64,000 nt of DNA from Lama glama (taxonomy: Eukaryota): assembly GCA_028534125.1 (NCBI GenBank), contig CM052817.1, positions 86,058,001 to 86,122,000 of the forward strand, read 5' to 3'. The first letter of the stretch is position 1. Each line of letters begins with the position of its first letter. The notes under the pieces were generated by a model. The model searched no databases. It was not told where the DNA came from and saw only the letters and a program-made list of their open reading frames with translations. The position numbers and the translations under genes were made by a program. Positions 1 through 11,956 of the stretch are shown here, in pieces.

Positions 1-261
1 GCGGGGATTCCATTCCATTTACTATAATCATTTCTTGTATCAATTTTCAGCTGTCTGTCCTTCTTCCCTGGTGTTTGCCTGGTAGGTAATTGCAACACTC
101 CCCAGATATTTCCTAGGTAATTCGAGCTTTTCAATCCACAAAACGAAACAAAGAGTAGAATTCTCTTTAGAGGCTGAGAGTTTTTAGAATGCTCTAACTC
201 TAAATTCATTATCACTAACTTCACATGAGCCCTTTTGTGCTCATTGTACACTTCCTTAATC

Positions 262-475
262 CAGACTTTTTCAGCCTTGGCACTTTGGCCCAGGTAATTT
301 TTTGTTGTGGGGACTGTCCTTTACTTTGTAGGATGTTGAGCATCCCTAACCTCTATTACCTAGATGCCTAGAGCACACCTCTCCCCTCCAACTGTGACAA
401 ACACACATAACTCTAGACATTGCCAAATGTCTGCAGGGTGGAGGGCAAGCAAAATCACCCATTTGAGAACCACTG
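262..475 (-). mobile_element. MER20 hAT-Charlie non-autonomous DNA transposon, near full length
   Basis: Reverse complement begins CAGTGGTTCTCAA and contains GACATTTGGCAATGTCT, GGCATCTAG and AACATCCTACAA, as in the MER20 consensus. Degenerate 8-bp hAT-type TSD ccttaatc (254-261) / ccctgatc (476-483). Confidence 0.9.
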
Positions 476-581
476 CCCTGATCCATTCTTTAATGTGATT
501 ATCAAATTATGACAGACTCAGAGAAGGTGATTAATAAATCTTTGTTGCAGATATAAATATATCTGACAAAGAGTTTATTTC

Positions 582-1800
582 TTTTTTTTTCAGTTTTGGG
601 TTTTTTTTTTTAATAAAAATATACTTTATTATAGTAATAACACAATATTAGATCTATCCTCTTAAAATTTTAAGTGTACATTATTATTGACTATAGGTAC
701 AATATTGCACAGCAGATCTCCAGAGTTTACTAATGTGGCTAAACTGAAACTTTATGCCTATTAATGATTAACTCCCCATTTCCCTTTCCACCCAGACCCT
801 GGCAACCACCATTCTATATGTTGCTTCCTCGAACTTGGCTATTTTAGATCCCTCAAATAAGTGGAATCATACAGTGTTTGTTCTTGATAACTGGTTTATT
901 TCAAGTGACATAACATCCTATAAGTTCATTCATGTTGCTGCATTACAAACATTTCTGATTTTTAAAGGCTGAATAGTATTCCCTTATATGTATATACATA
1001 CTGTAGTTGCTTTTTTTTTTTTTCATTCATCTACTGATGGATATGGAAGTTGTTTCCAATCTTGGCTATTGTGAAGAGTGATGCAGTAAACATGGAAGTA
1101 CAGCTATCTCTTTGAGATGATGATTTCTATTCTTTTGGATAAATACCCAGAGGTAGGATTGCTGGATAATATGATGGTTATATTTAGAAATTTTTGAGGA
1201 ACCTCCACATTGTTCTCCATGGAAACTGTGTCACTTTTCATTCCTACCAACAATATGTCTATGTTCCAATTTATTCACATCCTCACCTACACTTGTTGTT
1301 TTGTGTTTTGGGTAACAGTGATCCTGACAGGTCTGAGGTATATCTCATTGTGGTTTTATCTGCATTTTCTTGATGCTTAGTGACATCAAGCAGTTTTTCA
1401 TGTATATATCAGTCATTTTACCTTTGGAGAAATATCTAACCAGGTTGTTAGGGTTATAGTTTGTTTGTTTTTTGTTTTGTTTTGTTTTGTTTTAAACTAT
1501 TTAGGTATAGGAGTTCTTTATATGTTTAGAATACTAACTTCTTATTAGATAAATGGTTTGCACATATCTTCTCCCATTCCATAGGTTGTCTTTTCACTCT
1601 GTTGATTGTTTCCTTTGCTGTGGAGGATGTTTTTAGCTTTATGTAGTCTAGCTTGTTTATTTTTCTACTTGTTGCTGTGTTTTTGGTATCATATCCATTA
1701 AATCTTTGTCAAGACCAATGGCATGAAGCTTTTCCCCAATGTCTTCTCCTCAGAGTTTTTCAGTTTCAGCTCCTACACTTAAATCTGTTTACTATTTAAG
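582..1800 (-). mobile_element. Old LINE-1 3' fragment (L1MA8/L1MA9-like), 3' UTR plus end of ORF2
   Basis: Poly(T) at 582-611, then tagatctatcctcttaaaatttt...gcagatctccagag (L1MA-type 3' UTR) and antisense ORF2-end motifs such as ggataaatacccagaggtaggattgctgg and tatctcattgtggtttt. Confidence 0.85.
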
Positions 1801-2346
1801 TTTATTCAAACTGATCAAAAAAGACAGTCATTTGATTAATTAACAATATATGAGCAGATAAGTCACCAAATGAGTAACATAAATTTCAGTGATAAGTAGG
1901 AACTTGTAAATAAACTCACAGTGATACATATTTTACAGATTATGGAGGCAAAGTCTGAAAATATAGGGCCATGTGGTCCTAATAGCACTACTGACATTGT
2001 TGGGGGCACAGGAGAGCTTTCATATATTGCTGTCAGGGCTTTGCTACAAATTCTTGGAAAGGAATCTTAAGTAATGCTACACATGGGAACTACTTTACAT
2101 AAATCATACCACACTATGTAAATATATATATTGAACCACTTTAAATGTAGATGGAAATATGTGAAGAACTTTGATAATTATTCATAGGGAAATAGCTGTA
2201 CCAGAAGGTTTTAGGGAACTCAGATCCATTTTTTGGTGATCACTGCTAAAGTGCCCATCTTCCTAGTCTAGAACATCACAGAAATCATCATTTGCACTCC
2301 TTCACTCCCTGAACATGGTTCTGAAGCCTGAGATAGTAACCACAGA

Positions 2347-2374
2347 GTTTGTTTGTTTGTTTGTTTGTTTGTTT
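2347..2374. repeat. (GTTT)n microsatellite
   Basis: About 7 perfect GTTT units seen directly. Confidence 0.9.
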
Positions 2375-3749
2375 ACTCTTTCTGAGGTATTGAGCTTGTT
2401 CAGGGAACGTAGACCCCACAGTGCTTTCCATAATGAGAACTTATCAAGGGAGTTGTCACCTCCATAAATTCTTCATATGAGACTTACTCCCTTCTCTAAA
2501 GGTGCAATGTTGCCTTCTCTCCTCAGAGCTCTGTAGCAGTGTTCTTACCCACTGTTCTTATAGGATGATGATTTCTACAGAGTTAAACTTGTTTGGTTCC
2601 TAACAAATCCAGAAAATGACATTCTTTGCAGATGAGGTCTAAGTTTCATAGTTTTTAGCTGCAAAATATAACATGTTTTCCAGCTTCCTAACACAGGTGA
2701 CGATGTCTAAAATACATGCTAATATTTAAATTATAAACTATTAAGAAGCAAGAACAGATATCCCTTTGTTAATTTAAAAATGTAAAGTGAGATGCACTAT
2801 GGACAAGTGAGGGCTAGGGCTAACCTAAGGCAAAATAGAACTGATTCTACTACCAGAAACATCATTTCTTTGCAAACATGTAAAAAAGTCTTATAAATCC
2901 TACATATCAACTGAAAGCAAAATGAGGAGAAGTACTCTAATATGAAAGAAATTTGAGCTTATTTTCAGGCACAGTACCTTGAAAATCATAAAAAAGTAAG
3001 GACTGGCCTGACTTAAGAGAAAGCTGTGATTTTATTTGTTACGTGATGTCCAATAGCATTAACAAAGGAAAGATGTGGGCAGTCTCTCATTCAAATGATC
3101 ATTTTTTAAAAAATAATGTTTATTAAGATTTAAAATTCCTTATTTTACTGAAATATTTTGCATTATTATGCTCCCTCCCTTTAATTTGAAAATATCAAAA
3201 TAATCAACATGGACCCCCTTCCCTCCATTAGATCTGTCTACAGTGGCCTCAATCTTTTCTTCAAATGGGTAATTCGTTCTTAGGTTTTCATATTCTGGCT
3301 AAAATACCATGAGTGAGCTTTCATTAAATACCAATGCAGAGGCCAAATCCCTAAATCCTAGTTTATTTTATCAGAATCTCTGGACTAAATCACAAACATC
3401 ACTATTTTCTTTTAATTTCTTAAATGATTATATTTGCCAGGATTGTGGAACAAAATTATAAATATTCTATAATAGTGAGACAGATGATACCCAATAACAA
3501 ATAGCAAAATATTTCTGGATGGATCTTTACATTAGGTCATTCTTGGTCACATATGAGTTCTCCATAATATCAAGAACCAGTAGATTAAAAAGTCTCATGA
3601 AATCAAATATTTTTTCTACACGTTAAATAAAGCAAAGTAAAGGAGAAACATTACAAGGAAGCAGAAACTAAATTCTTATGGAAAGAGACTGAGAAAAAAA
3701 AAAAAAAGAGAAAACACAGCCAAATAAAGACAGTGTGAAAACAACAAAT

Positions 3750-4230
3750 CTAGTTAATGTGTCAGTGCTACTTGTGATACAATGATCAGTTAAGATCTTT
3801 ACAAATAACTGGAACTTAAATAAAGTGATCAGTCACTTTAAACTCTGGGAGATAATGCCTCACTAGAAAACGTTGGCAAAGTCCCTAGAGAACAATGTGA
3901 CGTTTTCCAGGAGTAGAAAGAAAGTAAAGGTGAGAGCAGAAAAGTGACGCGTGTGTAGGTTCAGAGAGTGAAGCAGCGGCAGTAGAGAAAACGTTTCTCA
4001 TGCAGCAGGCAGTATTTTAATATTTATTTTACTTTCAAAGCACAGCCAGTGCTGGGTAGGGGAAAAGGGTAGCATAATGTGATTTACATTTTGTTAAGTA
4101 TCTTTCTGATTGTTGTGAGAAAAATTTGGGGTGAACATGAATGAAAGGAATGGGAAACTTTAGCCCTGGGAAGACATGATAAGAGCTTAGACTAAGATTT
4201 TAATAGTATAGAATGGGATCTATATACTAG
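3750..4230. mobile_element. Highly diverged L2-like fragment
   Basis: Purine-rich run with L2-like motifs (ggcaaagtccctagag, agcataatgtgatttacattttg). Recognised by eye only. Confidence 0.4.
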
Positions 4231-5234
4231 AAAGTAACATTAGACCTCTATCTTTTAAGTAGATATCAGTAATGGTTTTCTTAGACCAACTGAAGTCTCA
4301 TCTGAAGAAAAATATTATTTTACCATTAAATATTCCCACACAATTCCATTAAGTGGTAATTATATATCTATAGACTAATGATTGAAGATATATTTAACAT
4401 TTTGTTTAATGGATAGATTGCTGAAATACATCTCACATAGATTCAAATTATTGGCACTGTTTTAAAAAAATCCAATTTGTAAGTATATAGATTTCTGGTT
4501 AACTGAAAAATTGAGACTGTCTAGAGACAGTGAATTTTTTAAAATTCCCACCAGAAACAACTGTGGGAACTAAATAACAGGTATCCCACTGAGCTGGTGC
4601 TTTAATTACCCAATTTACCATGCTTTTTTTCTTTATTCATTTATGTTTCCTACCTGGCTACTGTTGGCATAATTTTCATATACTTTGAGTGTCAAATGGT
4701 GTAAGAAAAAGACCAGAAGTAACTACTCCTGGAAGAAACTTGAACTGAAATCTGCTAGATTATTATCACTGTTTGATAAAAGAGTATGCTTCTTTCTTTT
4801 CTAGAAGAAAGTTTGGTTCTTAAATTTTTATTTTGCATTGTTCTATTTTAAATTTACTGTTATCTCATGTAATATGGCTGAGTGCCAATGAGCTTGTCAC
4901 CATAACTGAATTCAATCAGCTTTTCTATCCCTTGTTCTAGGATTCTGCTGTAAAAAGCTCATGTGATGTCATTGCTACAACACTGTGCAAATAACAGCCA
5001 GGATTTTTCAGTATGTGGCATCCCTTCCATAAACAATAAAGGACAGGGAATATGAATTAAAGAGGAAAAAGTCTGTCTACTGTGTTCTCACTGAACTGGC
5101 ACACAACAGACTAGACTTCTCCTGCATGTAATTTCTAATATCCAAAACAATGTGTAAGTACATTTTAAAATGAATGAAGTTGGGGCTGGGCACGAAATCA
5201 AATTTTTTCCCTAGAACCACTAGCATATTTGTTA

Positions 5235-5330
5235 TTACTACTCAGGTATAAAATCTGAGGCTTACAGAATAAAGTGACTTGTACAACAACAAACAAGTTT
5301 CTAAAAGTGGGGGCAGGATTTGTTTTTTTG
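5235..5330 (-). mobile_element. MIR core fragment
   Basis: aaatctgaggcttacagaataaagtgacttg...ggcaggatttg resembles the MIR core. Confidence 0.55.
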
Positions 5331-5399
5331 TTTTTTTCTGCTACATCACCCTGCCTGCCACAGAATATCCCCAGGATCTAACTCTTAAAATAGCGAGTC

Positions 5400-5765
5400 C
5401 CGTTTCAGACATAATAGGCTACATTTTGCTAAAATATGAAACAACTCTAAATTTCCGTGCTTTACAATAAAGACGTATTCTTAGTCACTCTACATGTACA
5501 ATGATTTGGGTTTATTCTTTATTGTGTTTCTTCAGGACCTAGGTCAATGGAGCAGTTCTCTTTAGAGCATTGTCTTATCACCAAGGCGAAGCAGAAAAAA
5601 CTCGTCAACCATAAACTGGCTCTTCGGGTTTCTGTTCAGAAGCAACAAATGTCACATTCCACTGGCCAGAGCAAGTCAGTTGATGATGCCTGAGATGGGT
5701 GATTGGCGTGTATTATCATTTCAGAGAAAGTGTTGCTAAATATTTTTGAACAATGCAGCCTGCCA
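5400..5765 (-). mobile_element. Old MaLR LTR (MLT1K/L-like)
   Basis: Motifs caggacctaggtcaatggagcag, actggctctt, cacattccactggccagagcaagtca are typical of late MLT1 LTRs. Confidence 0.55.
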
Positions 5766-8269
5766 GGAAACCATTAAAGAAACTACACTCTTAGAGAATA
5801 TGCACTGGAAGAAATCATAAAATAATAGATAATGATTGAATCAATGAATAGCACATAGTGAAATCTAAGACTTTCAGAGTTGGGACATAATTGCAGACTG
5901 TAGTCAGAACCTAAATGGGCAAGTCTGGCAGACTTTGGGGACAATTCTGTGACTAGAAAACTTGAACAATGTTGAAATGCTCAGACTTTTCAAGATAGAT
6001 TTTTAAATTGTTGAGTAAATAACAAAATAAATTAATTTAATGATGTAAAATATATGGGTGATAATGGGGAAATATTCCAAAGCAATATAGTGGTCATACT
6101 GTAGAGCTCTTTAGACATCAGATTTTTAAGAGAGAACAAGAGAGATGGTACTCATTAGCAAGTGCATCAAAATTATCAATATTTTCTCTTAAGATGTGTC
6201 CTTATTATGTTTAAAAATGAGACCTTTCTCCCCTGCAGTAGAGACACAAAGGAAAGTCACTGAACTCAAATCTCCATGAATGTTTCTCTTTTCCAAATGA
6301 GGTTTTCTATTGCTCATCATTTTGAATGTCTGCCAGACCACTTGGACTCTCAGTCGGCAGGACAACACAGATGTCTATGTGCTGCTGAACAGCTTTCAGG
6401 TGAAATAATGTCCAAGGCAAAAAAGTAGAATTGACATCCAGCATTCTGATGAAAGTACTGGGCTCTTTATTCATCAGATGAATAACATTTGAAGCAAACA
6501 GCTTTTTCTATATATACATACATATATATATGTTTTCTTGAATTGGTCACCATATATCCTGCTAGAAAATTGTAAACTTCCTTTTGAGACAATTTAGCAC
6601 TTTGTCTCTTTCCATATATCAAAGATGTGTCTTTCTTAATTTGGAATGCCTAGTGGATTTTATGAAGAATTTTGCCATATTTTGTGTTTTTATCTTCTTT
6701 ATGATCCTTGAAAACTTGTTATTTTTTTCCATTGCATTTAATAAAACTTAGCAGCAAGCAAAAAATCACATTTCCACATCACTGTTGATTGCATTAAAAA
6801 AGACAGCATATTCATTTCACCACGCTTAGCACATGTGTAGCAGTCCCATGTACCAGGTGGGCATAATTAGGTTGGAATGTGGTTTGGCTGAAAAATAATT
6901 TCCTATTGGCTACATTATGCTTCTGCAGCATCCCCATAGAAAAGGAAGTAAAAAGTAATATCATTGAGAAGCTTTTAGAAAATATTTGATAGGAAACCAT
7001 GGTTAAGTTTATGCAAATGAAGCTTTAAAACTCCAACATTCTAGGGCCATATAATTAAGGAGAGCAAAGATTGTTTTAATGAGAAAATTTTCTAAAATCA
7101 GCCATTAAAACAAAAGGATTTGATCAATTTAATCTTGATAACTGATTTACTGAATTGTTCTCTTTCATTGACAAGTTTGTAAATCATTTATACAGCAAAG
7201 CAGTTACTTGGTAACAAAGTTGACATAAATAATAATTGATTTTATATTAACCCAGCAAACTGGCCCATTTATTTTATTTGTAATGGGAAAAGAATCATTT
7301 GCCTCAACAATTCCTCATACAAGTAAAAAGATGAAAAGACAGAGAAAGAAATTCTTATTCAAAAAATAAAGAAAAAAGCAAAACAAAGCAACACAAAAAA
7401 CCTATGAAAGTCAATGGAAATACATTCTGGAACTAGAAGTGAATTCTTACTGTGCATATAAGCAGAGAATAAGATGAATTGCAAGGTCCTTTTCAGAGTC
7501 CAAAACTGACATACACATGGGCACACTGAGAGACATTTAGGAAAACAGTTTTCTCTATGATCCTGGCTGCTGGTGGGCTCTCTCTCAATAACAACTATGG
7601 AAATAAATTTGAATGAAACTTTGAACTGATTATAAAAGTCTCTTGCTTCAAAAAATTTTGATAGGTTTCAGAAATAAACATGTCATATTATAATTCTATC
7701 AATTATCATTAAAAATTGATATTCTTTGTTATACTCTGACTACACATTTTGTATCATTTTAAAGTACAAATATATATCTCAATATAATGTTTTATGTGAG
7801 GTAAATCAATTTATGAGCCATACTAACAGCAGATTAAATCAAATGAAAATGCAATACTAACAATGTTATTGAAGTTAATATTTACATCACTAAGTGCCTA
7901 GATAAGGAATATTCCAGATAGCTAGCTATGTTTTATAATTTCTCAGTTTTCGAGTTAACAAATGTCTTTATTTGTTTCATAGTATTAATCCTAATTTTTC
8001 TAAAACAAGGACATTGTGAAAATGTGATTATAGTTAATATTGAAACGGCAAACATGAGAAGCAATTCCAGATATGGTGAAAAATAATCTTAAAAGGTAAG
8101 TGTATTACACTGTGGCAATTCACTGAATCAACTTACTTTAAAATCTAAATCAAATCATTTGTCTAGAGTACTGTGAATTTAATCATGTATTTTACAGTGG
8201 TAATAATGTTTATATATTACCTATTTTCATACCTTTCAAGGAACTTATAACAAGATCAGTGACAGATAA

Positions 8270-8720
8270 TATTGGTCTTCTTGTGGAATTTCTTCCCAAT
8301 AAGCCCTAAGGAAAGGTCTTGGGCACAGGTAATTTTGTTGGTTGATGAATCCAGGAGGCATAAGGGAAGAATTAGAGAAGTGAGATGAGACTAGGGAAAA
8401 GCTAATAAAGGATGTATTGATGAGGGAGTTATTGCTATGGGTTGATGTATCTCAATCCTGCTGAGATGTTTCTGAAAACAAGCATTATATCACCTCACCT
8501 GGGGCCCTGAATGGCATTAACTTCCCACTCTCACCCAACATCCTACTCTACCTGTGCAGGATATTACTGCATTGAGGTGGGTCAAGCTTCACTGGGGACA
8601 AAGCCCTCGTGCAGAGAAGACTAATAAGGAGCTTACAGCTGCTGCAGGTGAACTTAGGTAGGCTGAAGAGATGTGGTGGGGGTCGAGGCGGGGGGAGGAT
8701 CCCCAGCATCTGATACAATA
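8270..8720 (-). mobile_element. ERVL-class LTR (LTR33-like)
   Basis: agggaaaagctaataaaggatgtattgatgagggagttattgctatggg...ctcaatcctgctg resembles recalled LTR33-type consensus. Confidence 0.55.
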
Positions 8721-9874
8721 TCTATTGAAGGGATGCATGAGAATAAACTACTTTCGTTACAACATAAAATTTAGTGTTATTCTTAGAAGAAAAATGAAAA
8801 GCGAAAAGAGTGGCTTTCTGTAGCTCATGAAAAGAATATACATATTAACCAAATTATTACATAATATTTATCTAACACCAAACACATCCAATTTGATTAA
8901 AAAAAAACCCTATAATATCAACTTTCTTAGTATTTTTTAAGATCCCTTTTCTCTTCCAACCATCTACGGACACTGAAATTCAGTCTTCCATTATTTTTCA
9001 GTTAGGATTTCCTGCTTCCTGCTTCACATTTTCCCCTGCTTTCAGTCTTTCCTCTTGCAATATTATCCATTATGCTCTTGGATATTTTAAACAATGTAGC
9101 TAAAAGCATGCAACACTCTACCTTTAAAATTCTATGCTTCTTCATAGATCTCAGGATGACATCCCATGTATATTTTTTCTCATCCATACATACTTTTTCA
9201 ATGTATTCCCTTAACACCTTCTTCCCTCGTGCCTTATTCCAGCAACAAGGAAGTAGTACTTACCAAATCTTGATTAATTTTGCCTTCAGGTCTTGATAAA
9301 ATGATTAGACCTCTGTTGGTCCATGTGAAGATGCCTTTTTATTTAACAATGTGTATTTTTATGTGACAATTTCTTTTCTTTTCTTTAATTACTGTTGTTG
9401 TTGAGCAAGAAAAAAAAAGACTACTACCGTACGTAGTAATTACCAACCAACCCAAATGAAAAACAGATGTTTAAATGGGGTTCTTTCTGTCACAGCTTTG
9501 GTTGAGGTATGAAGACATCCCACATTCCAGAGAGTCCACCACACAAACAGTTTCAAGTACAATAAACAGGCAAAGACTGGGATCATGATTCCTGACAGCC
9601 ACAGCCACATGGGGGGACATAAACAGGCTGAAGTTGTGAGGCGGGCAGAGGTTCACTGAGAGAGATTGCTTTGGAGAGAGCTGCTGATATTCGAAAAACC
9701 CCATCGAGGGGGAGGGGCTGGGAGTGCCTTCACCTCACTTCCAGCCAAATGAGAATAGTATCAATAGACCATTCAAAAAGTAAAGCTGGAGGGTCACAGT
9801 GGACGGTGCCTGACTCCAATCTAGGACATTGAGAAAACAAGAGACCAACTGCTAGTGGCTTTGGAGGCAGGTAG

Positions 9875-9894
9875 AAAAAAAAAAAAAAAAAAAA
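9875..9894. repeat. A20 homopolymer in otherwise unique sequence
   Basis: Seen directly; no adjacent retroposon body recognised. Confidence 0.9.
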
Positions 9895-10590
9895 GCTGCT
9901 GCAGTTTCTTGATTGAATTTGAGCAAAGGGAAATCAGGGAGTATTTCGTCTCAGCACCTAACAGGAGTCAAATGGAAAGACAGACAGCCTGAGAGAACTG
10001 TGAACTCCAACAGGAAAAGTGTCTATGCAGTGAGCCAGGACAAGAAAATAAAAGGGAATCGTGAACCAGAACTGAATGCATCACCCATTCAAGTGAAGTG
10101 CAACTAAACGGTCCTCAGTAGTGGATAGTTCCTGAAAAGTCAGTAAACCACACTGAGTAGGGAGTGATGTAGACATTTCTGGACCTATACACTGCAGGAG
10201 GATGTAGAAATAATGCTTGCTGAAAGTACTTTTCAAGTTTCTCTGAATTCTCCAATGTGGTCAGAAACCACAGGTGGCAAGGGAACAGAGGAGAACAGGT
10301 GGAAAGGAAGGGCAGACCACATCCCTTGCACGACCATAGGTGACAGTCTGACACTGTTGCATTGGAGATCATTGCATCTAATGATCGAATTAAAGAACAT
10401 TTAATGACTTAAAGCAAATATAGACTATTATTTACATAAAAGTAACCTGAAAAGTCATGAGACCTGCCTGAGTTTTCCATTGGGAACGAATAAAACCTTT
10501 TATCTTGAATACATTTTAAACAACTTGGGTACACAAAGCGAAACTACCCATAATTATATGACATGAAATTGTTTGTCAGATACAAATGCA

Positions 10591-11066
10591 TAGATTCCAC
10601 ATATGAGCGATCTCATATGGTATTTTTCTTTCTCTTTCTGGCTTACTTCACTTAGGATGACATTCTCTAGGAGCATCCATGTTGCTGCAAATGGCATTAT
10701 GTTGTCGGGTTTTATGGCTGAGTAGTATTCCATTGTATAAATATACACAAAAACAAACAAACAAACAAAAACAAAGCATAAATACAGGACAGAAATAGAC
10801 TCATGGACAGAGAATACAGACTTGTGGTTACCAGGGTGGGGTAGAGGGTGGAAAGGGATAGACTGGGATTTCAAAATTGTAGAATAGATAAATAAGATTA
10901 CACTGTATAGCACAGGGAAATATACACAAAATCTTATGATAAATCACAGAGAAAAAAATGTGACAATGTGTATATGTCCATGAATGACTGAAAAATTGTG
11001 CTGAACACTGGAATTTGACACAACACTGTAAAATGATTATAAATCAATAAAAAATGTTAAAAAAAA
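10591..11066 (+). mobile_element. Young 5'-truncated, 5'-inverted LINE-1 (camelid-type 3' UTR)
   Basis: 10591-10746 is the ORF2 C-terminus in antisense (YTMEYYSAIKPDNIMPFAATWMLLENVILSEVSQKEKEKYHMRSLICGI). 10747-11066 is the sense 3' UTR with AATAAA and poly(A). Perfect TSD acaaatgcata at 10582-10592 and 11067-11077. Confidence 0.95.
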
Positions 11067-11199
11067 ACAAATGCATAATTTTCACACAGAATAAAAATGT
11101 TACAAATTATTATAATCTGTAAAATAATTAGTTTTATCAGATCACTGGTGTTACTTAGTCTTGTTTTGTTATCTTTAATTATTTGCCATTACTGAAAAG

Positions 11200-11425
11200 T
11201 GTGAGCTGCCAATTCAGACTTTGAGTTTGAATCCTGACTTCTTGTTTTATTAGATATGTGGTTATTAGAAACTTATACATTTTATGAGCCTTGATTTCAT
11301 TAATCTAAAATGGAGATAATATAGTGCTTATTTCATTATGGAATTTTGGGAGGTGATTAAATGACTCAGAATTTATGATATACTTAGTATAGGGAGCTGT
11401 CAATTAATGTTGCTATTATTATTTA
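11200..11425 (+). mobile_element. MIR SINE
   Basis: gagtttgaatcctgac (B-box-like), tgagccttgatttc...taaaatggagataata core, and a caattaatgttgctattatt tail. Confidence 0.75.
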
Positions 11426-11850
11426 CATTCTACTGGCATCGTAACCTAAAGGTCTAGCTCTTTGTTAATGCTTTTCTTTGAGCTCCTAACAAAAGAAATT
11501 TCAATCATCTCGCCCCAGACTAAATCAATGACCAATTTGCAATATCATACAGGTATCAGTGATCTTATGTCAGAAAATTGTAGTACCAGTTACATGTGTA
11601 GAGTAGCAAATTTGGGGGCATATTAAAGAGGTCCAAAGATATAAAAGAACACAGTATTTTCACACTGATTGTTTGTGTTGGAATTATCTCCTTGCTGATA
11701 ACCTGTACAAGGATGTGGTCAACATTCAATGCTTCAAATGTGAATCTTAAAGTAGCATACAAGCATAAAACCTCTATACTAATCTGGAGAGCTGAGGAGA
11801 CTATGATGGGGTTGTTTAACTCCTTTGATGCTGGTGAAACTGGGCCTTAC

Positions 11851-11956
11851 CCTTGGGTTTCATTCCCAGGGAAGAGCTACAGGATCTTAGCCGTACACCA
11901 GACGTCCAAAAGCAGATCCAAAAATATATATTCCGTAGACCTCACTATTTTCTCCA
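11851..11956 (-). other. Candidate 106-nt non-coding/5' UTR exon
   Basis: Minus-strand acceptor cttattttccctccacag| and donor AGG|GTAAGG. Three CpGs in a CpG-poor background. Stops in all three frames. Splice-site match only. Confidence 0.3.
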
